Of a stretch of 64,000 bases of DNA, positions 1-12,724 are shown piece after piece (the first letter of the stretch is position 1; each line of letters begins with the position of its first letter). The notes under the pieces are model-generated. The model was not told the DNA's origin and made no database searches. It worked only from the letters and a program-made list of their open reading frames with translations. The stretch spans positions 72,292,001 through 72,356,000 of the forward strand of contig NC_043008.1 in the NCBI RefSeq assembly GCF_006345805.1, written 5' to 3'. Both the position numbers and the translations under genes were made by a program. The DNA comes from Octopus sinensis. Taxonomy: Eukaryota.

Positions 1-160
1 TCAATAGAATCAAGAAAAACTTCAAAATGAACTTTGTGCATTAAAGTTTTAAGAATTGTTTTCGGTTTTGGCAATGTGTTATTTTATACCATTTGTTTTG
101 CAAAGTTTTACAGCCATTTTTCTCCTCGTTTTTATCACTCTCATCCTGATCATCACTATT

Positions 161-292
161 AGATGCAGTAAAGACAGCAAAGATGTGAGCAAGGGAGATG
201 CCAAGCGCCATCGCAAGGGTCTACGTGACAACTATGGGATCAGGAAGTTTGCTATCTGTTGCTTGGATTGCCACGATAACGTCAAGCACATG
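161..292 (+). pseudogene. H4: Decayed histone H4 N-terminal fragment
   Basis: Reads RCSKDSKDVSKGDAKRHRKGLRDNY-GIRKFAICCLDCHDNVKHM, colinear with H4 [45 protein letters not shown]. No start codon, no C-terminal half, many Gly/Arg codons mutated. Confidence 0.85.
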
Positions 293-747
293 ATGTATTC
301 GAGCATTCTTTGTGCGAATGTTAACGAAATCATACCCACTTTGTCTCAAACAGACCGATTCATATTTGCTGTAGTATTTGCTTCGCTGGCTTCATTCAAT
401 TCCTTTATTGCTGATTTACTGTCATTATTCTTTCCCCTCAGATTCCTCAATGCCGTTTTTAATGATTTTCTTTTGGTCAATTTATTAAAATTTACTTTCT
501 GATTAATTTAAAATTTTGAAATATATTGATATGATTTTGATTTTATAATTTTTTGAGTTTTGTCTCGATAAAAATTATTTTCTGTCTGTAAAAAGTTTTG
601 CATATTAAAAGAGTAAGTTAAAATTTAAAAAATACCGACGCAGGAGCAAAGCTATTCTTAATTAACATGGACAAGTACTGGGCAAGAAAGACTAGAAATT
701 TATAATATGGCAGCTGAACGTATTTGAACTTCATATGCTTTCACAAA

Positions 748-838
748 GAGAGGGAGAGAGGGAGAGACAAAGACACAGAGACAGAGACACAGACACAGAG
801 ACAGAGACAGACAGACAGTCAGACAGACACAGAGAGAA
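748..838. repeat. GA/GACA compound microsatellite
   Basis: Direct reading. Confidence 0.9.
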
Positions 839-1399
839 CCAAGGAAAAGAGAAAGAAAAACCATGGTGTCCTGAGGCGGCATGATAATAATGGGATTAAA
901 TATTAAAAAGTCACTTTTTTTCACCCCTATCGCCTCCTCGTGTGCATGTCTAACTGAGATTATAACCCATGGTTTGTACTGAGACTGAGAAAGATATATA
1001 TGTGATTTAAGGGAGGAACAGTGTTAAGGGGAAAGTTTTAAGGCATCATGTGGCTGAGAATGTTGGATTCATAGAGCTTCGTGAATCTTTGTCTTTACTG
1101 AGGAATAATTTTCTTTTCTATTTCTTAGTTGGGAAAAGTAGTTGCTCCCTAGCAAATTCACACCATTATTTCTCATTGTTATTACTGAGTTGGCAGATAC
1201 TAAGCAGGTTTAAATGTATCCCAGTAATTCTTCCCACCAAAATGTATTCACACTTCGGTATGTCTAAACGTCAGCTCAGCTATGGTTGGCAGAAAAGGAG
1301 GGAGAGTGGAATGTAATGGAAAACCAATCCATTTTGGAGTTTTGGAGCCATTTGGCGTCTTCTTCTAGCATGTGGCGCTAATTAAATACTTTGTGTGTA

Positions 1400-1625
1400 T
1401 ATATAGAGAGAGATATATAAAGTTGAAATTTACAAGAAAACAAAAGACGAAGATAGATGTATGAACAACGAGCAGGTGCATTAGTTTGATGCTCAGGAAA
1501 GTGAGAAAGTCTTCTACATTTCAAGTTTGAGCTCTTCAACAAAACAGAATAAGAGAACGTAAACAAGGAGAAAATTAAAAAAACCTTGTGGATTTAGCGA
1601 TCTAGCATGGCGATTGTAAATGAGT
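1400..1625 (-). mobile_element. Short Penelope-type non-autonomous element (family P1) with decayed hammerhead motif
   Basis: Reverse complement TTGTTGA-AGAGC..GAAATGTA-GAAGAC..CCTGAGC..CTTCGTCTTTTGTTTT matches 21030-21270; lies between TA runs. Confidence 0.55.
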
Positions 1626-1668
<43 letters not shown>

Positions 1669-1732
1669 GTAAAAAAATACAAACTGGGACAAGAACGTGA
1701 AACGCTTAGAAGACGATATATATATATATATA

Positions 1733-2131
1733 TCTTTTACTCTTTTACTCTTTTCAGTCATTTGACTGCGGCCATGCTGGAGCACCGCCTTTAATCGAGC
1801 AACTCGACCCCGGGATTTATTCTTTTGTAAGCCCAGTACTTATTCTATCAGTCTCTCTTGCCGAACCGCTAAGTAACGGGGACATAAACGCACCAGTATC
1901 GGTTGTCAACCGATGGTGGGGGGACAAACACAGACACACAAATACATACACGCGTATATATATATATATATATATACATACATACGATGGACTTCTTTCA
2001 GTTTCCGTCTACCAAATCCACTCAAAAGACATTGGTTGGCCCGTGGCTATAGTAGAAGACACTTGCCCAAGGTGCCACGCAGTGGGACTGAACCCAGAAC
2101 CATGTGGTTGATAGACAAGCTACTTACCACA
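1733..2131 (-). mobile_element. tRNA-type SINE family A
   Basis: Reverse complement matches 8180-8637: ..GTGGTAAGTAGCTTG..GGGTTCAGTCCC (B-box-like), internal TA/CA tract, 3' (GTAAAAGA)n tail. Confidence 0.85.
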
Positions 2132-2870
2132 TATATATATATTATATATATTACACATACACACGTACCTTACCTGTCATTGTGGTTTTGTGACATGGAA
2201 CAAAGCAGGCCTGTCCATCCACTCAAGAAATCACATAGTCCTAAACTTGATCCATATGCCACAAGTTTGCAAGGCGCCAGCAGGCCTCAACAGACAAATT
2301 CGTATTCATAAAACATGATTACCGCTTTATCTAACTGAAACCCCATTTGTCATTCCGGATGAGACATCCATGCATAGCTACATAAATATATACATATACC
2401 TGTATACACACATGTATTTATATGCGAGATAATCTTCCACACAATTTCCGACTACCAATTCCCTCAAAAGACATTGTTGGCCCTGGGGTATAGTAGATAG
2501 TTGCAATATTCGGCGCGCAGTGGGAATGAACAGGAAAGCACATGATTATGAAGTAAACTTCTGAGCTACCCGGCTATGCCTATATTGGTACACATATTTG
2601 TTAGTGCTCGGCACGAAACTGTTGACCCTTGGGTTGCTTTTGTGACTTTCTACTGACTGCTAATTATTCTAAATCATTCTTTCGAATTTTGGTTCACTAC
2701 CGACAATTTTGATAGAAGCGTTCAAGTCGATTACATGAACATTTCTGCCCAACTAGCACTTATTTTATCAAGCAGAATTTGAACTCAATGTAAGGAACCA
2801 GAAAAATATGCTGCTAAACATTTTTTGGGACGAACGAGTATATCGATCAGGGATGGGCTCAATACTCACC

Positions 2871-2920
<50 letters not shown>

Positions 2921-2984
2921 GTAAAAAAATACAAACTGGGACAAGAACGTGAAACGCTTAGAAGACGATATATATATATATATA

Positions 2985-3383
2985 TCTTTTACTCTTTTAC
3001 TCTTTTCAGTCATTTGACTGCGGCCATGCTGGAGCACCGCCTTTAATCGAGCAACTCGACCCCGGGATTTATTCTTTTGTAAGCCCAGTACTTATTCTAT
3101 CAGTCTCTCTTGCCGAACCGCTAAGTAACGGGGACATAAACGCACCAGTATCGGTTGTCAACCGATGGTGGGGGGACAAACACAGACACACAAATACATA
3201 CACGCGTATATATATATATATATATATACATACATACGATGGACTTCTTTCAGTTTCCGTCTACCAAATCCACTCAAAAGACATTGGTTGGCCCGTGGCT
3301 ATAGTAGAAGACACTTGCCCAAGGTGCCACGCAGTGGGACTGAACCCAGAACCATGTGGTTGATAGACAAGCTACTTACCACA
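2985..3383 (-). mobile_element. tRNA-type SINE family A (copy inside the duplication)
   Basis: Identical to 1733-2131. Confidence 0.85.
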
Positions 3384-4126
3384 TATATATATATTATATA
3401 TATTACACATACACACGTACCTTACCTGTCATTGTGGTTTTGTGACATGGAACAAAGCAGGCCTGTCCATCCACTCAAGAAATCACATAGTCCTAAACTT
3501 GATCCATATGCCACAAGGTTTGCAAGGCGCCAGCAGGCCTCAACAGACAAATTCGTATTCATAAAACATGATTACCGCTTTATCTAACTGAAACCCCATT
3601 TGTCATTCCGGATGAGACAATCCATGCATAGCTACATAAATATATACATATACCTGTATACACACATGTATTTATATGCGAGATAATCTTCCACACAATT
3701 TCCGACTACCAAATTCCCTCACAAGACATTGGTTGGCCCTGGGGTATAGTAGATAGTTGCAATATTCGGCGCGCAGTGGGAATGAACAGGAAAGCACATG
3801 ATTATGAAGTAAACTTCTGAGCTACCCGGCTATGCCTATATTGATACATATATTTGTTAGTGCTCGGCACGAAACTGTTGACCCTTGGGTTGCTTTTGTG
3901 ACTTTCTACTGACTGCTAATTATTCTAAATCATTCTTTCGAATTTTGGTTCACTACCGACAATTTTGATAGAAGCGTTCAAGTCGATTACATGAACATTT
4001 CTGCCCAACTAGCACTTATTTTATCAAGCAGAATTTGAACTCAATGTAAGGAACCAGAAAAATATGCTGCTAACATTTTTGGGGACGAACGAGTATATCG
4101 ATCAGGGATGGGCTCAATACTCACCG

Positions 4127-4160
<34 letters not shown>

Positions 4161-4922
4161 TATATATATATATAAGAAAAGCGTAATGTAAAAACATTAC
4201 GAAGAATATATTATGAATAAATAAGTTTATTTATGAATATATCAATGGCCAAACGTCTATTCATAAAATAGAAGAAAAAAGTACATAATTATGAACGAGT
4301 CACAATTATAACTAGGAGAGTTAATAAAAACGCTTTACATGTTAGAAATAGCAGCCAAAACCACACAGTTTCCGACTACCAAATTCCCTCAAAAGACATT
4401 GGTTGGCCCTGGGGTATAGTAGATAGTTGCACTATTCAGCGCGTAGAGGGAGTGAACAGGAAAGTACATAACTATGTAGTAAACTTCTGAGTTACACGGC
4501 TATGCCTATATTGGTACACATATTTGTTAGTGCTCGGCACGAAACTGTTGGCCCTTGGGTTGCTTTTGTGACTCTCTACCATTATTAACTCATACCATTT
4601 TTCCTTACGATAAAAACTTCCTCGGGCGCGACATGGTAAATAGAAAGAATCCACAACTTGAAAAAAATGGTTAATTCCCTATTGCAATTCAGCGTTAGTG
4701 AAATATTCCTAAAGATAGAAATCAAAACAAGACTTTACCTTGGAGCTAGCATGAATCCCGACCGGCAATAGAAATGTCGTCAACTCTATCTACACAATCA
4801 AGCTTTGAATTCAAATGCCATGCACAGCGTTTATGTGAAAAGATCGGTAATCTTTAGACACGGCAAAATCACCAGATATGAGTTAGGAAAATATAAATAT
4901 ACACGGAGAGATAGGAGAAAGT

Positions 4923-5094
4923 AGAAGAAGAAGAAGAAGAAGAAGAAGAAGAAGAAGAAGAAGAAGAAGAAGAAGAAGAAGAAGAAGAAGAAGAAGAAGA
5001 AGAAGAAGAAGAAGAAGAAGAAGAGAAGAAGAAGAAGAAGAAGAAGAAGAAGAAGAAGAAGAAGAAGAAGAAGAATGAATGAATGAATGAATGA
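4923..5094. repeat. (GAA)n followed by (TGAA)n microsatellite
   Basis: Direct reading. Confidence 0.95.
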
Positions 5095-5511
5095 AATAAA
5101 ATTCCAGGCAGATATCAATAAAGCACTTAGTGTTAAACGAATTTAGTTAACTATATCAAACAATCAAACTCTAATAAATGCAAGCAGTATATACATCCAG
5201 GGTAGTTCCTCATGTATGACAAATAGATCCAAGTACCACTTAGAAGAATTTCAAGAAATCCAGAGTATAAGACAACAAAAATGCTAATGGAGAAACCCAC
5301 ATCTTTAATTACTGATTCCACCACATTATACCGACGATCATTTCTGTTGTACCAACATATTTAAATACAGAAAATTATCAGTCAAATTATTATATCCGAA
5401 AATACGTGCCAACACAATGTTAACAAAGCTTTGTATGGAGGAATCACCAATTAAAGATCTGCTTTTCTTTATTAGTATTTTTGCTGTATATATATATATG
5501 TGTATGTGTGA

Positions 5512-5845
5512 AGGCGCATGGCTCAGTGGTTAGAGCGGCGAGCTTACGATCGTGAGGTTGTGAGCTCGAATCTCGGATCGGGCTGCGTGTTGTGTTCTTG
5601 AGTGAGCAAGACACTTTATTTCACGTTGCTCCAATTCACTCAGCTGTAGAAATGAGTTGCGACGTGACAGGTGCCAAGCTGTATCGGCCGTTGCCTTTCT
5701 CTTGGATAACACTGGTGGCGTGGAGAGGGCTGGTATTCATAGGCGACTGCTGGTCTTCCATAAACAACCTTGCCCCGACTTGTGCCTGGGAGGGTAACTT
5801 TCTAGGTGCAATCCCATGGTGTGTGTCGTGACCAAAGGGGGTCTC
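5512..5845 (+). mobile_element. tRNA-derived SINE family C (tail type Y)
   Basis: A box TGGCTCAGTGG, B-box-like GCTCGAATCTC, body GTGTTCTTGAG..CAAGACACTTTATTTCACGTTGCTCC..CACTCAGCTG shared with 18253 and 63200. Confidence 0.8.
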
Positions 5846-5964
5846 AGAATATATATGTGTATATTTGTGGGGCGTATATATACATATATACATGCATACA
5901 TACTCCTGACCGTCATCACTAACCTGTAAGAACACTGCACTCAGACAAAATCTTATTTTATACT

Positions 5965-6745
5965 TGTGACATTGCTACTGCCTAATGAACCTAGCTCTTG
6001 ATGGACATACATGTCCGCAGATACCGCAGACGAAATTTCCCCATTCACTACACTGGCTGTGGCGATTTCGAAAGGCTCGCTTAAATTCACCATGCGAAAT
6101 GCGAGTTTCTTCAAAGATAATCATTTCTTCCATAACGCGTTTTCTCTATTGGTGGCGATGACAAACATTACTTTTCCAGTTGATCTTCTATATCTCACAT
6201 CCTTCAGCGAGAATTTGATACAGTCCCTGTACCGTTGTCTTGATTTCTGCTGGGGATACTTTTCAGAAACAAATTCAACATTTAACATCTGCTAGGGCTC
6301 TTCTGAACAAGGAACTTAGTCCAGCACAATCGGGGTTTGTGCACCATCACTTCAATATTCGGGATGCCGGCTCCTAAAGAAACTTACATGAAGCCTGTAA
6401 AGGAGCCATGTTACATATGAATAAATGAGCAATTTCAGCAGACACGTACAGTACAAGTCAACTTTTGTTCGCCTTCTGATGCCATGTTACGATGATACGC
6501 GAGATACAAGAACCCCGAAGGAATCGTTTGCCCCATGAATCATTAAAGATGTTTTATAATCTAAGGAGCAAGAATGTTTGAGTGTGCTACTTTCAATATT
6601 GTTCGATCTGCTGAGATAGATGGCTTCATGTATGGGCTTCCTGGCGCAGGATAGAACATTGCAACAGCCTTGTCCAGATTGATACAGAGTTCAAATGCCT
6701 TGCAAGACACAGAAATATGATCCATGACTTTGTTGTAATACCGTA
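5965..6745 (-). mobile_element. RTE-clade LINE 3' remnant (RT C-terminus to terminal Cys motif), degraded
   Basis: Minus-strand peptides CKAFELCINLDKAVAMFYPAPGSPYMKPSI, HGIRRRTKVDLYCTCLLKLLIYSYVTW and FVCGICGHVCPSR follow the order of RTE ORF C-terminal motifs. Many stops and frameshifts. Confidence 0.7.
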
Positions 6746-6884
6746 CACACATATATATATATAAAGAGACTTAGTAATTTTAATATTTCTATTATTGAAA
6801 ACAAGTGGATGTATTCCACCGTAACTAGGTAAATAGAATCTTCGAACGGAGACGGTCAGTAGCGACACCTGCAGGTCTGACTAC

Positions 6885-6927
6885 GCTGCATTGAGAAGGG
6901 GCAACAACCCTGAAACATGTCTGTAGC
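6885..6927 (+). ncRNA. Minimal type I hammerhead ribozyme motif, U3-A8 core variant
   Basis: gctgca-TTGAGAA-GGGG caacaa CCCT-GAAA-CATG-TC-tgtagc: stems I and II pair, stem III is palindromic (ACATGT), GUC triplet. Confidence 0.6.
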
Positions 6928-7282
6928 TGTCGGACTAGCAGGTTGAAGCGGCTGACCTCCCCTGTTCGAAGGTTCAATAACGGACGCAGTTTGTGTGTCA
7001 AGTAGCTAGTTGAGGCGATGGCTTCATGGAGCTAATCAGCGACAGCTTTATTCTTATTCTTAAGAATGCCATATTAGTATGGCGATAACTACACACACGC
7101 ACGTACAAGCACACACGCACACGCACGCACGCACAAACACACTTGTCATCCTTGCACACACACACACACGCGCGCGCACCCACACACATTCCTATTTTTG
7201 AAACTCTCTTGTTTTTAAAAATCATGATTCGTCTACCTCTCAATTTCTGTTCTTTCAACATGTGATCTCTTGAGCACAACCA

Positions 7283-7463
7283 GCAAAAATATTTTTTTCC
7301 TCCGTCTTCCCTTCTTGGGACCTTTCCTTCTCCTTGTTTCCGACGAAGAGCTCCGCTCGAAACGTTAAGCCCTCCTTCCCTTCTTTCCTGAGCGTCAAAT
7401 AATACTTTAATTGTTCCACGTCCTCGCGTTGCTGTGTTTTTTTCTGTGTTTTCTTGTTTGGAT

Positions 7464-7467
<4 letters not shown>
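7283..7467 (+). mobile_element. Penelope-type short element (P1-related) with hammerhead motif at 7336-7370
   Basis: gttt-CCGACGA-A-GAGC tcc GCTC-GAAAC-GTT-aagc; ends in (TA)n; paralogue at 7920-8123. Confidence 0.65.
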
Positions 7468-7495
<28 letters not shown>

Positions 7496-7501
<6 letters not shown>

Positions 7502-7620
7502 TGAATTGAAGAAATGGAGCTGAACGCAGATTGAACAGAAATCGTTTTATTTCATTTTATTTCAAATAAAACGATTTCTGTTCAATCTGCGTTCAGCTCC
7601 ATTTCTTCAATTCACCAATA
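7496..7620. repeat. Perfect 57-bp inverted repeat with 11-bp spacer
   Basis: Arm 7496-7552 is the exact reverse complement of 7564-7620. Confidence 0.95.
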
Positions 7621-7777
7621 ATGTTTTAATTTCAATTATCCGCACCAACGCACGGTTGCAACACCATATGGTTGTACCTCCAACCGTGCTGTTTACTGCT
7701 GTGATTTTTGCTACTAAGGTATCGGTTAAACTTTTGATTAATCTACTACAAGATTATTCATCTTTCTATTTCACATA

Positions 7778-7864
<87 letters not shown>

Positions 7865-7869
7865 CATAT

Positions 7870-7914
<45 letters not shown>

Positions 7915-7919
7915 AAATG

Positions 7920-8123
7920 TGACCGCGTGTGTACCGTTGGCTAATTTTTCCTCCGTCTTCTCTTCTCTAGATCTTTCCTTTTCCTATGTTTCTGACGAAG
8001 AGCTCCGCTGGAAACGTTAAACTCTCCTTCTTCCCTTTCTTCCTGAGCGTCCAATAATACTATATTTGTTTCACGTTCTCGCGTTGTTGTGTTTTCTCTT
8101 TGTGTTTTCATGTTTGGATTAAC
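7920..8123 (+). mobile_element. Penelope-type short element (P1-related) with hammerhead motif at 7988-8022
   Basis: gttt-CTGACGA-A-GAGC tcc GCTG-GAAAC-GTT-aaac; (TA)n on both sides. Confidence 0.65.
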
Positions 8124-8179
8124 AATATATACAATATATATATATATATATATATATATACTATATATATATATATATT

Positions 8180-8342
8180 GGCGCAGGAGTAGCTGTGTTG
8201 TAAGTAGCTTGCTTACCAACCACATGGTCATGGAATCAGTCCCACTGCGTGGCATCTTGGGCGAGTGCTTTCTACTATAGCCTCGGGACGACCAAAGCCT
8301 TGTTACGGAAACTCGAAGAATCCCGTCATATATGTATATATA

Positions 8343-8417
<75 letters not shown>

Positions 8418-8634
8418 GTGTGTGTGTATGTGTCTATATGTTTGTGTGTCTGTGTTTGTCTCCCCAACATTGCTTGACAACAGATGCTGGTGTGCTTACG
8501 TCCCCGTAAATTAGCAGTTCGGCAAAAGAGAGCGAATGAATAAGTACTAGGCTTACACAGAATAAGTTCCCAGTCGACTAGAGGTGGTACTCCAGTATGG
8601 CCGCAGCCAATTGACTGAAACAAGTAAAAGAGAA

Positions 8635-8637
<3 letters not shown>
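8180..8637 (+). mobile_element. tRNA-type SINE family A, near full length
   Basis: Starts GGCGCAGGAGTAGCTGTG, has an internal (TA)n/(TG)n tract, ends ACTGAAACAAGTAAAAGAG. Confidence 0.85.
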
Positions 8638-8671
<34 letters not shown>

Positions 8672-8734
8672 CATACATGTGTGTGCATATGTATGTGTAT
8701 GTTTCTCTGTGTGTGCTTGTGTGTGTGTGTGTGT

Positions 8735-8798
<64 letters not shown>

Positions 8799-9269
8799 AC
8801 TCGTGCGCGCGTTATATTAACAAAAATATGGATGACAGAGTATAGTGCTAAAATATCTGAGAAGATGAAATTTTATGCCTTTTTCCCTATTCGCCAAAAG
8901 AAAATTCAGTAATATTATTTTTTCAAAACATATTTTTTAACATCTGCTTTATGAAGCCGTCTTCTATTTTTATGACATTCTAGCATTTTAGTCTTTTTGT
9001 TTTATTATTTCATCTAATTTTACCATTTTTTAAATATTCTTCCATTATAACGGAGAATATTCTTCAATGAGATACAAATAATTCAGTTTAGAGTTGTCTG
9101 CGAAATAGAATTATACAAGTTGTGGCATAGAAAATTCTAAAAGAAACTTTTGGTACTTAAAGATATTTCTTTGTTTATTTTTATTGGTTTCTACTTTTTT
9201 TCCTTTTAAAAAAAATCTCAGCGAAGTATTTTTGTTTTTCTCCCTTTTAATAGCTACAAGCAAGGTTTC

Positions 9270-9400
9270 TATGTATATGCGTATATTACTATATACATGT
9301 AATCGCATATGTATGTATGTATGCATATATATATGTGTATATATATACACACACACATATATATATATATACATAAATATATATATACATACATACATAC

Positions 9401-9487
<87 letters not shown>

Positions 9488-9570
9488 TACATATATATAA
9501 ATATATGTGTGTATATATATGTATATATACATATATGTATATGTGCATATATGTATATATATGTATATAA

Positions 9571-9620
<50 letters not shown>

Positions 9621-9736
9621 TATGCGTGTATGTATGTGGACATATATATAATGTGTGCACTGAAGAAGGGGTGTATAACTTTTGTATACAAAAACAAAAC
9701 ATAGATCGGCACTTACACACCTATAGATAGATAGAC

Positions 9737-9801
<65 letters not shown>

Positions 9802-9810
9802 AAGAGATGT
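9270..9810. repeat. Compound TA/CA/GATA/GA microsatellite field
   Basis: Direct reading; accounts for the overlapping low-complexity ORFs. Confidence 0.9.
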
Positions 9811-10071
9811 TTCATTACGTTTACATTTTCTGCAAGATTCGCTCGTTCATTCCTTTCACCATAAACTTTCGTTACTGAAATAGCGCTGAAATATTGTTAA
9901 AACATTGTCACATAATAAAGATTTAATTTATTACAAAAGCGCAAGGGTTACGTTTATAAACATACATAAATATTATGGACGCACTCACACACACATATAT
10001 ATAAATACATATATCTAAATATATATATATATATAAATATATGTATATAAATAAATGTATATATATATATA

Positions 10072-10116
<45 letters not shown>

Positions 10117-12724
10117 TATATATATAAACGATTACATACTTATGTTGATGTATATAAAGAGGTGTGTGTAGATATATATGCATGTATATGTATATATATG
10201 CATGTATATGTATATATATATGTATATATATATGTATATATATATGTATAGATATATATGCATGTATATATATGTTTGTAAATATACAAACACACACACT
10301 CACACACATATACACTCACACGGGCGCGCGCGCGCGCCTACGTGAATAGTAAGGTGGAGAGAATTGTTCTTCAAAAGACTAACACACTGCTTTATCGAAG
10401 CTGAAGGAACTTCATAAACTCTTATTCAGTTTCACGCGCACGCTCACACTCACACACATGCACACACCCACACATAGATACAAACACAAGCACATACAGC
10501 CATACACTCAATCACCAACGCACACATCCGCGCGCGCTTATACATATACATATATGTGTTTATATATATATATACACACAACAAAATAAAGTTAGAAGTA
10601 CAATAAAATCAAAAACAACCTCATAATTTTTTTATTTTTGTACAGACAACCAACAATATTTGAAATATTTGTGTGCATGTGCCTGAGTGTGAGTGTGAGT
10701 ATATGTGTGTATGGGTGTCTGCATGTTTATACATATGTGTGTGTATGTGTGTGTGCGAATGGGCGTCTAAGTTTGTATATTAAATTTATTCCTTTATTGT
10801 AAACTGGGCAGTGAGATTTGAAAACGAAGAACTGTCTTGAGATAATAGATTTCTTTCGTAAGAACACGCATGTTGCTAGCATGTGCGTAGTTCTCCGTTC
10901 TGCTGTGGCTAGAACGCATAGCATATTAGAGTAGACATAACCTCTAGATTTTTCCATCCCTTGTCTATCCAACATGTCATTTTAAAGAATAGTAAATCAA
11001 GGGATATATTATCCGCTGTAGAAGTTTCTGCGTAGTTTTAGACCAGTTAAAAATAATAGAATCTCTCCTTCGACTTTTTCTCTTTTTTAAAATGTAAGGT
11101 ATATAATGAAAATTGTGTTTCTGATCAGCTTCAAGAAAATTGGATGGGCATAGCTGCAACGCCTTTGACCCTGAATCTGCACAACAAAAGGTATCCAGGA
11201 CCTATTTTAAGGCCTTAAGCGATTTAAGGGAGATTTTCTCACTATTTTTTTAACGTTGTGCTCTAAAGTATTGGCTTGTTAGTTGGTGATTAATATAGAT
11301 ATATTTTACATTGATTTAATAGGAGACAGTTTGCTCTGTGTTTTTATAAGAGGTAAAGCAGTATCTATCACTCGTTATAGGGCCTCCAGCATCGTTACGT
11401 ATTTATCAACTCTAAAGAGATAAAATTCACCCTCGACTGGATTTCAAATCGAAGTACAAAGAGACGGAACAAAATCATGCTCACAACTCTGTTAATTTAC
11501 TGGCTCTGAACGGTAGGAAAATTGTTGTCAAATCAGGCAATTTGAAATTAATATGCGAAATTATTTTATGAAGTTTGAGTAAATATAGAACACACGAGCA
11601 CACCACTCTTCCCCTGCCATGCACACATCCGAATTTGAACTAAGATTGAATTGGCATGAAACTAAGTAACGTTATATGTTTAATCAGCTCCTCTACCGTT
11701 CCTAACACTGATTCCTTACATTTGCACAAATTGTCACATATGTACATCATGCAAGAGAATGTTTGATTGACTCGATACCAAGTTATTACTGGTATCAATT
11801 CTTTTATTGTAGGAGGATGAACCATTAGTACAATTCTAGTAGGATGTGGATTCAGTTTGGGGTACTTCATTCGTTAAATGATTTCAGTTATTGTAAGCGC
11901 GGTCATAGAGCAATAACTGCAACAGATTTTGTGAGTAGTATCAACCGCGAGTACTTATTTCATGCCAGTATATAATTTGGTGATCGTTATTTTTCGAATA
12001 GCTTACGGTATAATGGGAAGAGTCTCGATTCACCATATCAAACCAGTATATAAAAAAGATAGATGTAAACACACACATACAAATGAGTATGGAGTAGTAC
12101 TTGCTAACAGTGTATTATCATACTGGACCTAAAAGCCCACGAGCAACATACAATCTTTAGGTCATTTATCCACATAATATTACATCTTCAAACTGATTTA
12201 ATCTTTGCTTCTGTGTTTGTATTTTCAAATTTAAAAACAAATTGCGACAGTATTATGTATCATAATACAGCATGAATAGAATCATTATAAAGAATATTTA
12301 CACTTTTTTGGTGTGTATCTTTGTGCACAACAAGTTATACTGTGTATGCTCTCATTGTTGTAAAGATCTATTAGTAATTAACAAAGTAGTAATTAACACG
12401 GTTATAGAAGGAGACAGAATGGCCCGAACAAGTCATAGATTGTCTGTCGGGTAAACGATTCACAATGCTTTCTAGATGTGGATCATGGAAACATTAGCCA
12501 TATGTAAGGTAGCATTTGTAATAAGAAGATATATGAGAATGACAATGCTGATATCAAGACGGGGAGTTATAAAAACTAGCTCTTCCTTCATTAGAAGAAG
12601 AATATTTCAAAGGAACTCTCATTCTCCATTCCTTTTTTATGTGACCCAGAAAACTTTGGCCAGTTTGGTAAATCCAACTAGGCTCACAGATGAAAGAAAA
12701 AGTGCGGAAATGCTATCATCAAGC

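Larger units (their letters stand above)
1666..4126. repeat. Tandem duplication, two ~1.25-kb near-identical units (about 1666-2870 and 2918-4126)
   Basis: Same sequence at an offset of ~1252 (duplicated ORFs 1913/3165). Units bounded by (TA)n. A diverged partial third copy lies at about 4360-4580. Confidence 0.95.

Noticed and set aside
56-502. 148-aa ORF as a real gene or histone variant
   Set aside because: Only ~44 codons resemble H4, invariant Gly/Arg residues are destroyed, and the rest is T-rich non-coding-like sequence.
10861-10895. Short hairpin AGAACACGCATG..CATGTGCGTAGTTCT
   Set aside because: Too short for a pre-miRNA, and no supporting Helitron or MITE ends were seen.
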